DNA from: Prorocentrum cordatum
Lineage: Eukaryota
Length of the DNA stretch: 64,000 nt
NCBI GenBank assembly: GCA_963575745.1
Contig: CAUYUJ010000126.1
Location: 1 to 64,000 of the forward strand
Direction of reading: 5' to 3'
A program made the translations under genes and the position numbers. Positions 53,096 through 64,000 of this stretch are shown one piece after another; the stretch's first letter is position 1; every line of letters starts with the position of its first letter. Below the pieces are notes generated by a model. That model ran no database searches. It was not told the origin of the DNA and saw only the letters and a list, made by a program, of their open reading frames with translations.

Positions 53096-54247
53096 TCAAA
53101 GACTGGACTCTGTGTTGTGGGCGCGAGCTGCTTCGACCAAGGCTTTGGCCTTCTCGGGGTCCCGCTGCTTTGGGTGTGGTTCGCCTGGGCCCCCAGCGGC
53201 TGAAGGGGCAGCACCAGCGCCAGCAGCGCCTGCAGAGCTCGCTGACCCAGTGTTGGCCGTCGCACCTGCCGCCTCCGCTGGTGCTGCTTCTGGTGTCGGC
53301 GTCGCGCCTCCACTTGAGTCCTTGCGGGCCCTCTTGCTGGCGAGCCGCTGACGCATGTCTCTAGCTTCTTGCCTGAGCTTCTGGATGTGCTCAGCGCTTG
53401 GCCCGATAGCTGCCAAGATGGCCTGCTGGATCTGTGACGCCATGTTGGCTTTGAGGTTTGTCCAGCTTTCCCTGTCCGCATCGTCGAGCTCCAGGTCCGA
53501 AAGGTCGAGCACGGACCCATCCACGATCTCAACGGTGTCGATGCCCCCTTCGCCCGTGAGCAACTCCGACAAGTTGATCTGGGAGCCTGCTGGCTTCGCG
53601 GCTGCCTCCTCTGGTGGGCAAGGTCGGGGCTCGCCTGCGCGATGAAGCTCAACCCGTAGCTCATCCTTCCACGCCTGCTCCGCGTCGTAGGCCTCGACGG
53701 CTGCCTCCGCTGTGGCGGCCCGCAGCTCCTGAAGCCACCGTGCCGCCTCGTCCTCCTTCGCCACACACTCTCGTAGCCACTTCTGGGCCCTGCGGCAGGC
53801 CACCCCTTTTGCTGAGACAGTCTCCTCCAGCAGGGGCTCTCTTGGAGGGGCCTTCGTCTGTTGCGGTGGCGCCAAGGCCTGCTGGAGCGCCGCCATCTCC
53901 GCAGTCGCCGCGTCCCCGACCCTGGCCTTGAGCTCGTCCAAGAGGGCGTCAGTGGTCGGCGGCGAGCCTCGCTGCGGAGGAGTGGAGGTGCGGGGCGGCG
54001 CCAATCTCCTAGGCGGCGCTCCCCACTGCGGCCGCGTGCCTGGCGGGTAGGGCGGCGACCCCGCACCCGCAGGCGGCTGGCCGCCTGCTCCATGCGGCGG
54101 GGAGGCCCACACACCCTGGGCGACTCTCCAAGGCATCTCGTTCGGGAGGAGCGTGGCCTGGCAGGTGTAGCAGAACGTGTTTGTCTTGAAGTTCCATCTG
54201 TACCTGCACGCCGAGCAAGTGAGATATCCTTTAACATCCTTCGGCAT
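53096..54247 (-). CDS. LINE ORF1 (383 aa): N-terminal C4 zinc finger and predicted coiled coil
   Basis: Intact ATG-started ORF with CSACRYRWNFKTNTFCYTC (RanBP2-like spacing), immediately upstream of ORF2. Confidence 0.82.
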   Translation of the reverse strand: MPKDVKGYLTCSACRYRWNFKTNTFCYTCQATLLPNEMPWRVAQGVWASPPHGAGGQPPAGAGSPPYPPGTRPQWGAPPRRLAPPRTSTPPQRGSPPTTDALLDELKARVGDAATAEMAALQQALAPPQQTKAPPREPLLEETVSAKGVACRRAQKWLRECVAKEDEAARWLQELRAATAEAAVEAYDAEQAWKDELRVELHRAGEPRPCPPEEAAAKPAGSQINLSELLTGEGGIDTVEIVDGSVLDLSDLELDDADRESWTNLKANMASQIQQAILAAIGPSAEHIQKLRQEARDMRQRLASKRARKDSSGGATPTPEAAPAEAAGATANTGSASSAGAAGAGAAPSAAGGPGEPHPKQRDPEKAKALVEAARAHNTESSL

Positions 54248-54387
54248 GGGCTCCTGCAGGAGCTCACTGGAAAGAGAAACGTGCCCGTGCTGGCACAGAG
54301 GTTACTGTATCGCTGGATGTGGCCTGGCTGGTAGTGCCAGGAGAAAGCAGGTGGGGCCGCTGGATCCCCTTGCCAGAATCTCAAGTG

Positions 54388-54407
54388 CTGAGCGAAACCG
54401 CTACGGA
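54388..54407 (-). other. Relict spliced leader directly downstream of the full SL
   Basis: Minus strand TCCGTAGCGGTTTCGCTCAG. Confidence 0.8.
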
Positions 54408-54429
54408 CTTGAGCCAAAATGGCTACGGA
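54408..54429 (-). other. Perfect 22-nt dinoflagellate spliced leader (retro-inserted)
   Basis: The reverse complement of CTTGAGCCAAAATGGCTACGGA is TCCGTAGCCATTTTGGCTCAAG. Confidence 0.97.
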
Positions 54430-54430
54430 C

Positions 54431-55050
54431 GAGGAGGAGGAGAGGAGGAGGAGGAGGAGGAGGAGGAGGAGGAGGATGGGAGGAGGAGGAGGAGGAGGAG
54501 GAGGAGGAGGAGGAGGAGGAGGAGGGGGAGGAGGGAGGGAGAGGAGAGAGAGAGGAGAGAGAGAGAGGAGGAGGAGGAGGAGGAGGAGGAGGATAAGGAG
54601 GCAGGGAGGAGGAGGAAGAGAAGGGGGGGAGGAGTAGAAGGGGATGGAGGAGGAGGAAAAGGAGGAGAGGAGGAGGAGGAGGAGGATGAGGAGGAGGAGG
54701 AGGAGGAGGAGGAGCAGGAGGAGGAGGAGGAGACGAGGGAGGAGGAGAAGGAGGAGGAGGAGAAGGAGGAGGAGGAAGAGGAGGGGGAGGCAGAGGCGGA
54801 GGAGATGGAGTAGGCGATGGAGGAGGAGGAGGAGAAGGAGGAGGAGGAGGAGGAGGAGGAAGGATACGAATAAGCATAACAATACTTTCAGTGCTAATAC
54901 GAATACTAACAATACTATTAATACTAATACTGATGATGATACGAATGATGATACTCTTAGTACTTATAATAAAGTTGCTAATGCTACTAATAATAATAGT
55001 ACTAATAATAAAGATGATGATGATGATGATACTACTACTACTACTAATAA

Positions 55051-55085
<35 letters not shown>

Positions 55086-55279
55086 GTAATAATATAAAGA
55101 ATAAGACTTACAGTACTACTAGCCATAATAATACGACAAAGAATATTAATACGAATAACGATAAGAATAATAAGACGGACAAGAAGAATACTAAGCATAG
55201 TAATCATATTAAGAATGCGAATACGAATACTAATAATAATGATAATACTAATACTGATAATTAGTATGTTTAATACTAC

Positions 55280-55318
<39 letters not shown>

Positions 55319-55780
55319 GAGGAGGAGGAAGAGGAGGAGGAGGAGAAGGAGGGAGGAGGGAGGAGGGAGGAGGGAGGAGGGAGGAGGGAGGAGGGAGGAG
55401 GGAGGAGGGAGGAGGGAGGAGGGAGGAGGGAGGAGGGGGGAGGGAGGAGGGAGGAGGGAGGAGGAGAAGGGAGGAGGGAGGAGGAGGAGGGAGGAGGGAG
55501 GAGGGAGGAGGGAGGAGGAGGAGGAGGAGGAGGAGGAGGAGGAGGAGGAGGAGGGAGGAGGGAGGAGGGAGGAGGGAGGAGGGAGGAGGGAGGAGGGAGG
55601 AGGAGGAGGATGAGGAGGAGGAGGAGGAGGAGGAGGAGGAGGAGGAGGAGGAGGAGGGGGAGGAGGAGGAGGAGGAGGAGGAGGAGGAGGAGGAGGAGGA
55701 GGAGGAGGAGGAGGAGGAGGAGGAGAAGGCGGATGAGGAGGCGGAGGCGGAGGCGGAGGCGGAGGCGGAGGAGGAGGAGG
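54431..55780. repeat. Compound microsatellite (GAG/AAT/ACT, GGAGGGA heptamer)
   Basis: Simple-repeat periodicity throughout. Confidence 0.95.
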
Positions 55781-56336
55781 GCCTTCCGAGGAAGCCCGCC
55801 CCAGTTGCCTTCTCCGCTTGGCGCGCGCCCCTCGGCGGCTGGGGGCGCCCTCGGGAAAGATCGGCGCCAGCCCCGGCCTTATGCAGAACCAGGGCGAGGG
55901 TTGAACCCCCTGCAGGGGTACCGATCGGTCGCTATACCGATCACGACCTGACAAGCTCGGTATATCCAGTGATCTGGGCGAGGATATGACTCCCCTGGAT
56001 AATGGACAATTCGGTATCCCATGATCTGGGCGAGGGTAAACATTCCCCTGGACAAATCAAGACAATTCGGTAAACATGCCCCTGGCAAACATCCCCTGGA
56101 TAAGAAAGATCGGCATGCCGTGCTCTGGGGCCTCGGGGGCCGTCTCGCGGTCGTGCTGCATCGGCCCGCCGAGGCGGCGCGCTGCGCGCCCGCTCGGCTG
56201 GCCGCGGCGCGGCCGCGCGCCGCCGCCGCTGGCCGCGGCGGGCGCCGCCGCTGGGGGCGGCGCGCGGGGGCGGCGCGCGGAGGGCGGCGGGAGGCGCGGC
56301 GGCCTCGGAGGCGCCCCGCGCGGCGGCCTCGGCGCA

Positions 56337-56395
<59 letters not shown>

Positions 56396-58255
56396 AAAAT
56401 CGACGACGACGACGGCGGCGACGACGACGACAAAAACGACGATGACGACGGCGCGACGGCGACGGCGACGACGGCGACGACGGCGACGCGACGACGACGA
56501 CGACGACGGCGGCGGACGGCGACGACGACGGCGGCGGCGGGCGGCGGCGGGCGGCGGCTGCGACGGCGACGGCGACGACGCCGGCGGCGGCGGCGGCGGC
56601 GTCATCGGCGGCCGCGGCGGCGGCGCCCGCGCGTCGGCCGTGGCGGCCGCGGCAGTGTCGGCTGCAGCGTCAGAGTTGCCTCTAACGTTTCGTATTCTAT
56701 TTTCGTGTCATCGGGCTGAGGGTTCTTTTGATCAGATAGGCGTTGCGCTCTGGTGCTACTCTAGATCAGTCGGGTTGAGGTGGCTTCGATTAGGCTGGCA
56801 GGGCTGCCACATTCTTGTGCCCAGCCAGCCCCATGCCAGCGCATCTCAGCCCCGTCGGTCCCAGCTGGACCTGCGTCGCGAAACTATCAAGACGGAGGTT
56901 TTGCTTCGTATTCGGCCTCTTGGGCTTCTCGCCGGGCGCTTGGGCCGTCAAGAAGCGACTCGGGATAAGAAACCGGCCCTGGGGAAGGGGTCGTGACTTC
57001 CAGGGCTCCCGTATGAGAAAAGTCAAGACATCGGATCTCTGGGCCTCTCGCGAGCGGCGAACATATCCGCATCCGCGCCCTCGCGGGCCTGGACTCCAGG
57101 GCATGACCCCGCGGACGGGCCGTCGCACGGCTTATCCAGTTCCGCGCGGGGCATCCGCCGAAGCGCGCCACGCATCCGCGGGGTCGCGGCCCAAGGGCGG
57201 TGCGAGGCCGCGGAATTTGGACATGCGGTTCGCTCGCGACCTTCGTCTGAGTGGCCTTCTGATGAGAGGCCGCAGGCCCAGGTGTCCGATCAGGTTTGGT
57301 TCAGTCCGGGCGTTTCTCCGCGATGTCGGCCCCTGGGGAACCGGCGTCGGGCCCTGGGGCCATCAGAGAAGGATCCGGGGCGAACAACTACTTCCAGGGA
57401 GATGGGTGCGCGGACCTCCCTGGGGTGTTAGGCCACAGCACAGTGCAACGTATGTTCTGAGTGACGTCATGGTGCACTCCTCTGTCTCTCATTCTTGGCT
57501 CATGTTGTTTCACCGCCGCAAGTGTGCCTTTCAATGCATTGTCCCGTCTGCCCTTGAGGGGACGGGCCCGGCCACCGGGCTGGCACGCAGACCGACCGAC
57601 CGACCGACCCTGGGGCCGCGCACTGATAAGATCACATCGGCTCGTCGGGCGTCTGGGTACGAGTGGTCTTTCGCCAGAGTGAGCTTTGGTGTGGGCTCGC
57701 GGGGGTCGCCCCAACACTGGCGTGCGCGTCTGGATCTGGCCCCAACGCGGCCCCGTGGGGCCGCCCACGAGGTGTCTCTCGCCCAGGGTCCACTCTCTGC
57801 GTGCAGCCGGGGGCGGGGGCTGGTAGCGCTGGGGCTCGCGCCGCGATGCACGGCCGGCGGCGGCCTGGCAGAGAGCCTTGGGGGGTCGAGCCTTTCCATC
57901 GCTTCAGTCTTTCGGAGGCCCCGCTTCCCGACCCTCTCCGTCCGGGGGGGAAGCAGTGCCAAGGACGGGCCCCCAGAGCGGTCTGGTACATGTTTTCTAA
58001 AACGCACTTTTATCTAGCTTGTACCCCCCTACCTGGGCCGTCCCCTTTGCTCCCTCTCTCTCTCGTGCTTAAGTTTCGGCTCGAAGGGTTTGAGAGAGTT
58101 TCAGCAAGCTTCATCACCCTTGCGAGCCCAGCACCGCGAGTGCGGGCGAGCGCCGCCCGAAGGCAGCCATTCGGCTCCAGTGGTACTTCCTGGCGGGCCT
58201 GCTGGGGTGGCAGGCTAGCGATATAGGAGAAGAGGGGCAGGCGGTCTTCAACGCT

Positions 58256-59979
58256 GTGACCGCTGTCGACCTGAGCGAGTACGACGCGTATTTCGACGAC
58301 TCGGCTGTTGAGGACGGCAGCATCCGTGGGACAAAGGCGGGCGTGATGTTGCCCTGGGCGAGATGGATTCGCGTGTACTACAAGACGGACGGTGTGTCAG
58401 GAGTATGTATGCTTCTCATCAGTAAAGTGGGGAACGCTTCATCGACGATATGGACTGCGTGCGATCTGACCTCGAGGGTGCAGATGATCAACCTACGGGA
58501 CAAAACAAAGGTCTTCACGAAGCCGAGCAATCAGTACACGTGGACGGAGCATCCAGGACTCACGAGCTCGGGACGTGACAAAGTGATCGCCGCCAGTGAG
58601 AAGTTGATCGCACGAAAGGAGATGGACGAGGTCGGGGCCAAGGTCAAGGGCGCCCCGAAGGCGAAGGTCCCACCGAGGGTGAAGAAGAGCTCGAAGAAGG
58701 AGAACTTCCTCTGGTGGGTCCTGGGGAGCTACTTCTGGGTGAACCGCCTGGGAGGATCGGCCCTGGCAGCTATGTTCATAGGCTGGCGTGTGTGGAAGTT
58801 TTTCGGCCTGGGGGCGTTCTTCACAAAGGCCTACGAGACGATCGAGAGCATACACGAAGCGACGGAGCCGGCCCAATCCTGGCACGAGAAGGTCGTCGAC
58901 ATGTGGGAGACGGGCGAGATGGAGTCTATCCTGATGGGGGTCGGTGCGGTCGTGGCGGGGGTCCACCTCGCGTGGAAGGGATGTCGGTCCTGGTCGGAGG
59001 GCTCGGAAGCGGGCAGCGACTCGGACTCAGACGGGGGCGTGATTGCAGGCGCGCAAGTCCCCGATTCCGATGGCGAACCAGACGCGAGGCACCTGTTCGC
59101 CGAGCATTCGCGGGGTCAGCAGCATCTACAACATAGCATCGCCACGCTGGCCGACGTCCTCTCCAGCACGAAGAAGGACGACCAGCCCAGCACGCCGAAG
59201 AAGAAGCTCGCTTTTGCGGAGACGGAGCCCGAGTCCTCGGGAGTAGCGGCACCTTCGGCATCGGAGGTGGACCAGTTCTTGGCGAAGTTGGCGGATCATG
59301 AGGAGGTGGTGCAGGCTGACTCGGCGAAGGGGATTAAGGGGAGTTCGACTACGCCGTCGTCCCAGGCCTCCTGGGAGAGGGTGTCGAGCCCTAGCGACTC
59401 CTCAAGGAGACGCTCGACCAGCTCATCGAGGAAGCGAAGAACCCCAAGGGGGCCCTCTTGGCGACGCTCGAGAGTTACAAGGACGTCGGCGGTGCGCGAA
59501 TCGGGGGTGTGAAGGCCAGGGTCGCGCCGAGCATCTTGGCGGGGCTCTACAAGCACGGTCGCTCAGCCCAGACGGAGATTGCGCGGTGGCTGAAGGAGAA
59601 GGAGCTGACCAAGTGCTCGATCGCGAGCGAGGTCACCATGCTCGCGGCCGTGCTGGACAAGACGATGACGAGCGGGGAGTACGACGCGCTGATCAACTCC
59701 CAGGCGTCGGAGCTGACGTGCTCGAGGCTGTACTCGATTTTCAAGGCGTACCAGGACGTGGAGACGGAGAGCGACTGGAAGAGGCCGAAAGACTCGAACG
59801 GGAGCAAGTGGAAGAGTAAAGTCAACTGGAGCTACGGAGAGGAGTTCTTGAAGATCAGTGATGGTTCACGCGCCACCGTTGAAGCTGCAGGTGACGAAGT
59901 TGCCGAACCTTTGAGGAAGAGGGCCACGATCGCCAAGCACCTGGATGCTGCCGGCGACAAGGGCCACACGGACGAATAG
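58256..59979 (+). CDS. Gag-like ORF1 with a hydrophobic segment (one frameshift)
   Basis: ORFs 58256-59512 and 59458-59979 overlap in different frames: RVAPSILAGLYK...LDK...LINSQASELTCSRLY...KAY...DWKRP. Confidence 0.72.
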
Positions 59980-60145
59980 GTTGCGGCTGAGGGTTTCACG
60001 GCAGCCCTTAGCCACGCCAGCGTGATAGGCGCCAGTCCGTGTAGCTTTGCATTCTTGGGGTTTCGGAGGTGCAGGTTGGCTACGAAGGGGCGGAGTGTGC
60101 TCGCCATCTACCTGCGCGTGGTGCTCATTCTGATCGGTTGGCCCT

Positions 60146-63124
60146 GTGCTGTGTATATCAGGTCCGATCGGTTCTGGCAGAGTGGTTTTGATCATCGGGA
60201 CGATGTCGAGGTGTTCTTCGGGTCCACAGTTCAGGTTAGACGAGAGGGAGCGGGGTCCTCTTCGATGCCTGCCGTGCCCGGCCTACGGGGCCGTGTGCGA
60301 CGCCCGCAACGGTTTCGGCTGGGAGGTGCCGTTCCAGGAGGCGGAGGTGAGGGGGCTGAGGGCGGCGTGGCGGAGGCTGGAGCGAGCCGTTGCGAGCATC
60401 AGATGCTTGGCGAAGGGGCGCGCGAAGGTTTTCGACGAGCTGGGCCCGAAGCGCGACTTCGTCTCTTGGAGGAAGGCGACGCCGATCCAGATCTCGATCG
60501 TGAAGGAGCTGTGGCGGAGGCTCGCTCTGAGGGCGAGCTGGGGGAGCATCACCGATGGCAGGGCGGTTCTCAGCCGTCTGGGTGGTGGGCTGAGCGGCTA
60601 CGAGAGGACGGCGGTGAAGGAGCGACGCAAGGTGGCGCTCAAGAAGGGGGACCTCTGCGACATGGTGGCGGACGAGGTGTCGGTCCCAGCCGCAGGGACG
60701 AGGGGGCTCAAGGTGACGGACCTGTCGCCGACGGTCCTCCCCTACTTGCTGGACGTGGAGGGGCTGATGCTGAGGACGGCCGACGAGGTCGACTGGGCCG
60801 AGTACGAGTCCACATCGAGCTTCACCGACGCCGGTTGGAAGCGGGAGTCGAACAGGCTGAAGTTGGGGCTGAAGATGTGGCAGTCGGGGATGTTGGTGTT
60901 TACCAAGGCGGTGAAGGAGAAGGTAGGGATCTTCACGGTGGTCAAGTCAATGGTGGAGGGTTCCTCGACCGAGGTGGCGAAGTCAAGGCTGGCGTGGGGC
61001 TGCAGACGTCTCAACTTGCGCTTCAGGAGGCCACCCTGGACAGGGTTGGGGTCTCCGAGTGCGCTGGCGGCGGTGGATCTCTCGGGAGAAGTGCTGAGGG
61101 ACCAGCAGCTGCTGAGATTCTCGGGGGATATCCCCGACTGGTTCTACCGCCTGAGGTGGCCCAAGGCACTGGCGGAATACTGCGCGCTGGACTCGCTGAC
61201 ACCGCAGGAGCTGTGGGAACATGCGCAACGGGAGGGGGTGAGCATCCCGACGCCAGACGACGACGACGTGGGACTGGGGCCATCGCCCCCGTGATGGGAC
61301 ATTCGTGGGCCGCATTATTGGCGCACTCGTGTCTGACCGATTCGCTCCAAGGGATCAGCCCTTTCAAGTCGGCTCAGCTGGCCTACGGGATGCAGGTGCC
61401 ATCGTTTGTGAACTACGACCTGCTCCTGCTCCTGTACATCGACGACTACGTTGGCCTCCGGCTCTACGAGGACGGGGAGGAGCAGGTGGAGCTCGACAAG
61501 GAGGCGGTGAAGAAGGTCTTGACGGAGAATGGGCTGGAGGTGCACAAGGAGACGTGGGGGCCTGGGCTGGAGAAGGGGCTGGGTCTTTCCATCGTGGGGA
61601 GGCCGTGTCGGGTGGTCGTGCACGAGGACAGGATGAAGGAGATCGTCCTGGCCGCCGAGGCCCTGGTGCGTGCTGGTGCCGCGCGACCATCGACGGTGGC
61701 ATCCTTGCTCGGGCTCTGGACGTGGGTCCTGATGATTGCGCGCCCTGGTTTTGCGATACTGGACGGGGTCTACAGGTCGTTGAACGAGGTGAGGGACCTG
61801 GAGGACGAGGTCCGCGACATCCCGAGGGGCGTCCTGGCGGAGCTCATGTGTCTGGGTTCGCTCTCGGTGCACTTCGAGTCGGATCTGGAAACGGAGTGGT
61901 TCGGGAGGGCCTATATGACGGACGCCTCGGAGTTCGGGTACGGTGCGGCGCAGACCCTCACCGCGAGCGATGAGTGCAGGGACGAGGCCGCCAAGGGAGA
62001 GCTCCAGACGTGGAGGGTGCGCGCCGACGAGACGCACCAGGACATCGAGGAGGAGGTCGAGCAGGAAGGGGATGAGGACGACGAGCAGATAGCTCCCGAT
62101 CTCGGACGCCTTGGAGTGCTCGAACTGGCGGCTGGAGTTGCGCGTGTCACGCCCACCATCCGAGCTGTGACATCCCCCTGGTGTGTGTCCAGCAACTTCG
62201 CGAAGGGGGCCGAGTACGATATCTACGACACCAGGGATCTTGAGAGGCTGTTCCCCAGATTGAGGCGAAGATGGTAGTGGTTTGTTCATCTGACGCCGTC
62301 GAGGTCGGATCTCTGTGCCGGGGGATGGCGAAGCTGTGTGGGTCTCTGGGGCTGTCTTTCGTGGTGGTCCTGCTGGAGTTTTCCGACGAGGACTCCTGGG
62401 GCGAGCTGGTGGACAAGCCAGAGGCTTTCAGCTTCGAGGTGAAGATGGGGGACGTGAAGACCCGCATCGTTACCAACGAGGAGGTGTTCTACAGACTGGC
62501 CAGCAGCGAGGACGGGTTGAAGGGTCTACCCGAGGCCGAGTGGACGTTTTTTCGACTACGACCCGCAGTTTCTGATCGAATAGGGGCAGGCTTGTCGGAA
62601 GGTGGAGTCAGACTGGGGGCTCGCGACGGCAGGTACGGAGGCGAGGAGAGCGAACGGGATGTTACACGTGGTGAAGGCTCGGGGGCAGGCACTGGCAGCT
62701 GGTCGGTCGTGGACCGGCGAGGCGAGGCGGTTTCTCTTATACCCTGGGAAGTGGGACAAGGAGGAGCACAACAACATCCTCGAGCTGCGCACCATCATGG
62801 GGCTACTCCGACATGCTTCACGATCAACGAAGATGTGGCGAAAACGGATCTTGGTTTTTCAGCGACCCTCTGGTCTCCATGGGCGTCCTGATGAAAGGGA
62901 GGTCGTCGGCAGCAGGGTTACTTCATCTGGCGAGACAGGCAGCCGCGGTGTCGCTTGTCTGTGGCATCAAGCTGGTCCTGCGGTGGGTGGCCTCGGAGGA
63001 CAACATCGCCGATGGCCCGAATCGCGGGCTACCAATGGGGGCAGCAGAGGCGACCAAGGAGGATCACAAGTGGAGGTACACGCCGAAGAGAGTGCGGGCT
63101 TTGTGGCTTCGAAGTTCTGCTTGA
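60146..63124 (+). pseudogene. DIRS-type RT and RNase H (frameshifted)
   Basis: KVGIFTVVK, SRLAWGCRRLN, GDIPDWFYRL, VMGHSWA, LYIDD; RNase H MTDASEFGYG ... HNNILEL ... SD..V..G...KGRSS ... RWVASEDNIAD. Confidence 0.88.
62110..62420 (+). pseudogene. Degenerate C5-methyltransferase-like insert inside RNase H
   Basis: GVLELAAGVARVT...GAEYDI...RLRRRW*WFVHLTPS, then AKLCGSLGLSFVVVLLE. Collinear with the MTase of the first element, but the PC and ENP motifs are lost. Confidence 0.55.
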
Positions 63125-63439
63125 TGGTCGAGGAAAATCCAGGTCTGCCTTGGGCGGCCTGGTTCGTGTCGCCATGGCCGTCGACGATCACCCTGGGCAC
63201 CTGCACGGTGGACTTGCTCCCGCGCAGGCAACGGCGAGTGGTGGGGGCGGCGAGCCAGTTTCGCTGGACGAAGCGTCTTTTGTTTGGTCCACTGACACGA
63301 GCAGCAGTTCTTCACGGGCTACGTTATCTTCGAGGTGGATGTTGATCTGGTTCTTTTGTGCTCACCTCGTGGAGGGGGTTCGCCAAACGTCAAGGCCCCC
63401 CCCCCCCCTCGCGAAGAAGGGGGCACTCGCCTGGGATAA

Positions 63440-64000
63440 TGCCGAGGGCCAGCACTTGCGGCATAACAATCGGCTCACCATCCACGCGGTGGACGATGTG
63501 ACCAACTTTGGGCTACGAGAAGGCAGTCCGGGAGTTTTTGGTGGATATCAAACGCAATGGCCGACCTTTCTCTACGGTTCATGAAAGAGACCGAGAGCTT
63601 GCATCGCATCTATCAGACATGTGTTACGTCAGGGAGTTGGGCTTTTTCAAGAGGCTCGTACCTAATGAATGGGTTCATGCACATCTTCGACGATCATCGT
63701 AATGTCTTGCTTCTCTCAGCTCGAGCCTTGAAGGCGTGGGAGAGGCAGCAGACTATACATGAAGGTGAACCCATACCGTTCCAAGCCATGGGTTTGATCA
63801 TACAGCAGCTGTGCCGCATGGGCGCGATATTTGAGGCGTGTGCGGCAGTGGTCCAACTAGATGGATTGTCACGTGAACAAGACTGGGCCATTCTCAGACG
63901 TGGTGATATTTGTTTTGATAGTTGTGGCAACGTGGCCCTCACCTTGGGCAACCGTGCTCGCGGAGAGAAGGTCAAGACAGGTTCAGGACAGGGAGTGCAT
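63440..64000 (+). CDS. Tyrosine recombinase, N-terminal part (frameshift near 63645, runs off the window)
   Basis: YEKAVREFL...D..LA..L..MCY, then ARALKAWER, LDGLSREQDW, LGNRARGEKVKTGSGQGV. The last frame is absent from the ORF track because it has no stop. Confidence 0.8.

Larger units (their letters stand above)
47495..54429 (-). mobile_element. Full-length LINE with RNase H, 5'-capped by a spliced leader, flanked by TCC-type microsatellite
   Basis: SL, short 5' UTR, ORF1, APE, RT, RNase H and a Cys-containing tail in order. Both flanks are TCC/TCA repeats. Confidence 0.92.
58256..64000 (+). mobile_element. Second tyrosine-recombinase retrotransposon, truncated by the window end
   Basis: Gag-like, RT, RNase H with a nested MTase-like remnant, then YR. 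The 5' terminus is not defined and may extend toward ~56670. Confidence 0.88.

Noticed and set aside
54408..54429. SL RNA gene (the SL exon is followed by GT-like sequence only via its own terminal G)
   Set aside because: The downstream sequence is a second degenerate SL and then the LINE UTR, not an SL intron, and the upstream flank is microsatellite.
51982..54912. 976-aa ORF as a single gene
   Set aside because: It starts in microsatellite and runs through an alternative frame of ORF1; only its last ~360 codons are real ORF2.
58073..58086. Relict SL (TTTCGGCTCGAAG) upstream of the second YR element; similar GCTCAAG hits at ~21271, ~22600, ~22827
   Set aside because: The matches are too short or degenerate to distinguish from chance.
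56670..58250. 400-aa ORF 56815-58017 and candidate left terminal repeat of the second YR element
   Set aside because: No recognisable domain, and the matching right-end repeats would lie outside the window, so the boundary cannot be tested.

Overview
This is eukaryotic, GC-rich, repeat-dominated DNA. It is almost certainly dinoflagellate nuclear DNA, because a perfect 22-nt dinoflagellate spliced leader (TCCGTAGCCATTTTGGCTCAAG) lies on the minus strand at 54408-54429. Most ORF-track entries are translations of trinucleotide microsatellites. The real content I can support is: (1) a lone 69-nt exon of a VLIG/GB1-RHD3-type P-loop GTPase. (2) A minus-strand membrane/PAS-like gene (~10609-13832) preceded by a relict SL. 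It is interrupted by three different MITEs with 5-bp TSDs, and precise removal of each restores the reading frame. (3) A complete but decayed tyrosine-recombinase retrotransposon (14517-21350) with A1...B1-A2-B2 split direct repeats and a C5-cytosine methyltransferase domain. (4) Two nested decayed LINEs, the inner one carrying an OTU-like protease remnant. (5) Tandem hairpin-ended, (TA)n-flanked non-autonomous elements. (6) A full-length LINE (ORF1, APE, RT, RNase H) capped by a full SL plus a relict SL, with frameshifts apparently confined to homopolymer runs. (7) A second YR retrotransposon, cut by the window end, with a degenerate methyltransferase nested inside its RNase H. All assignments come from motif recognition by eye; no database search was run.
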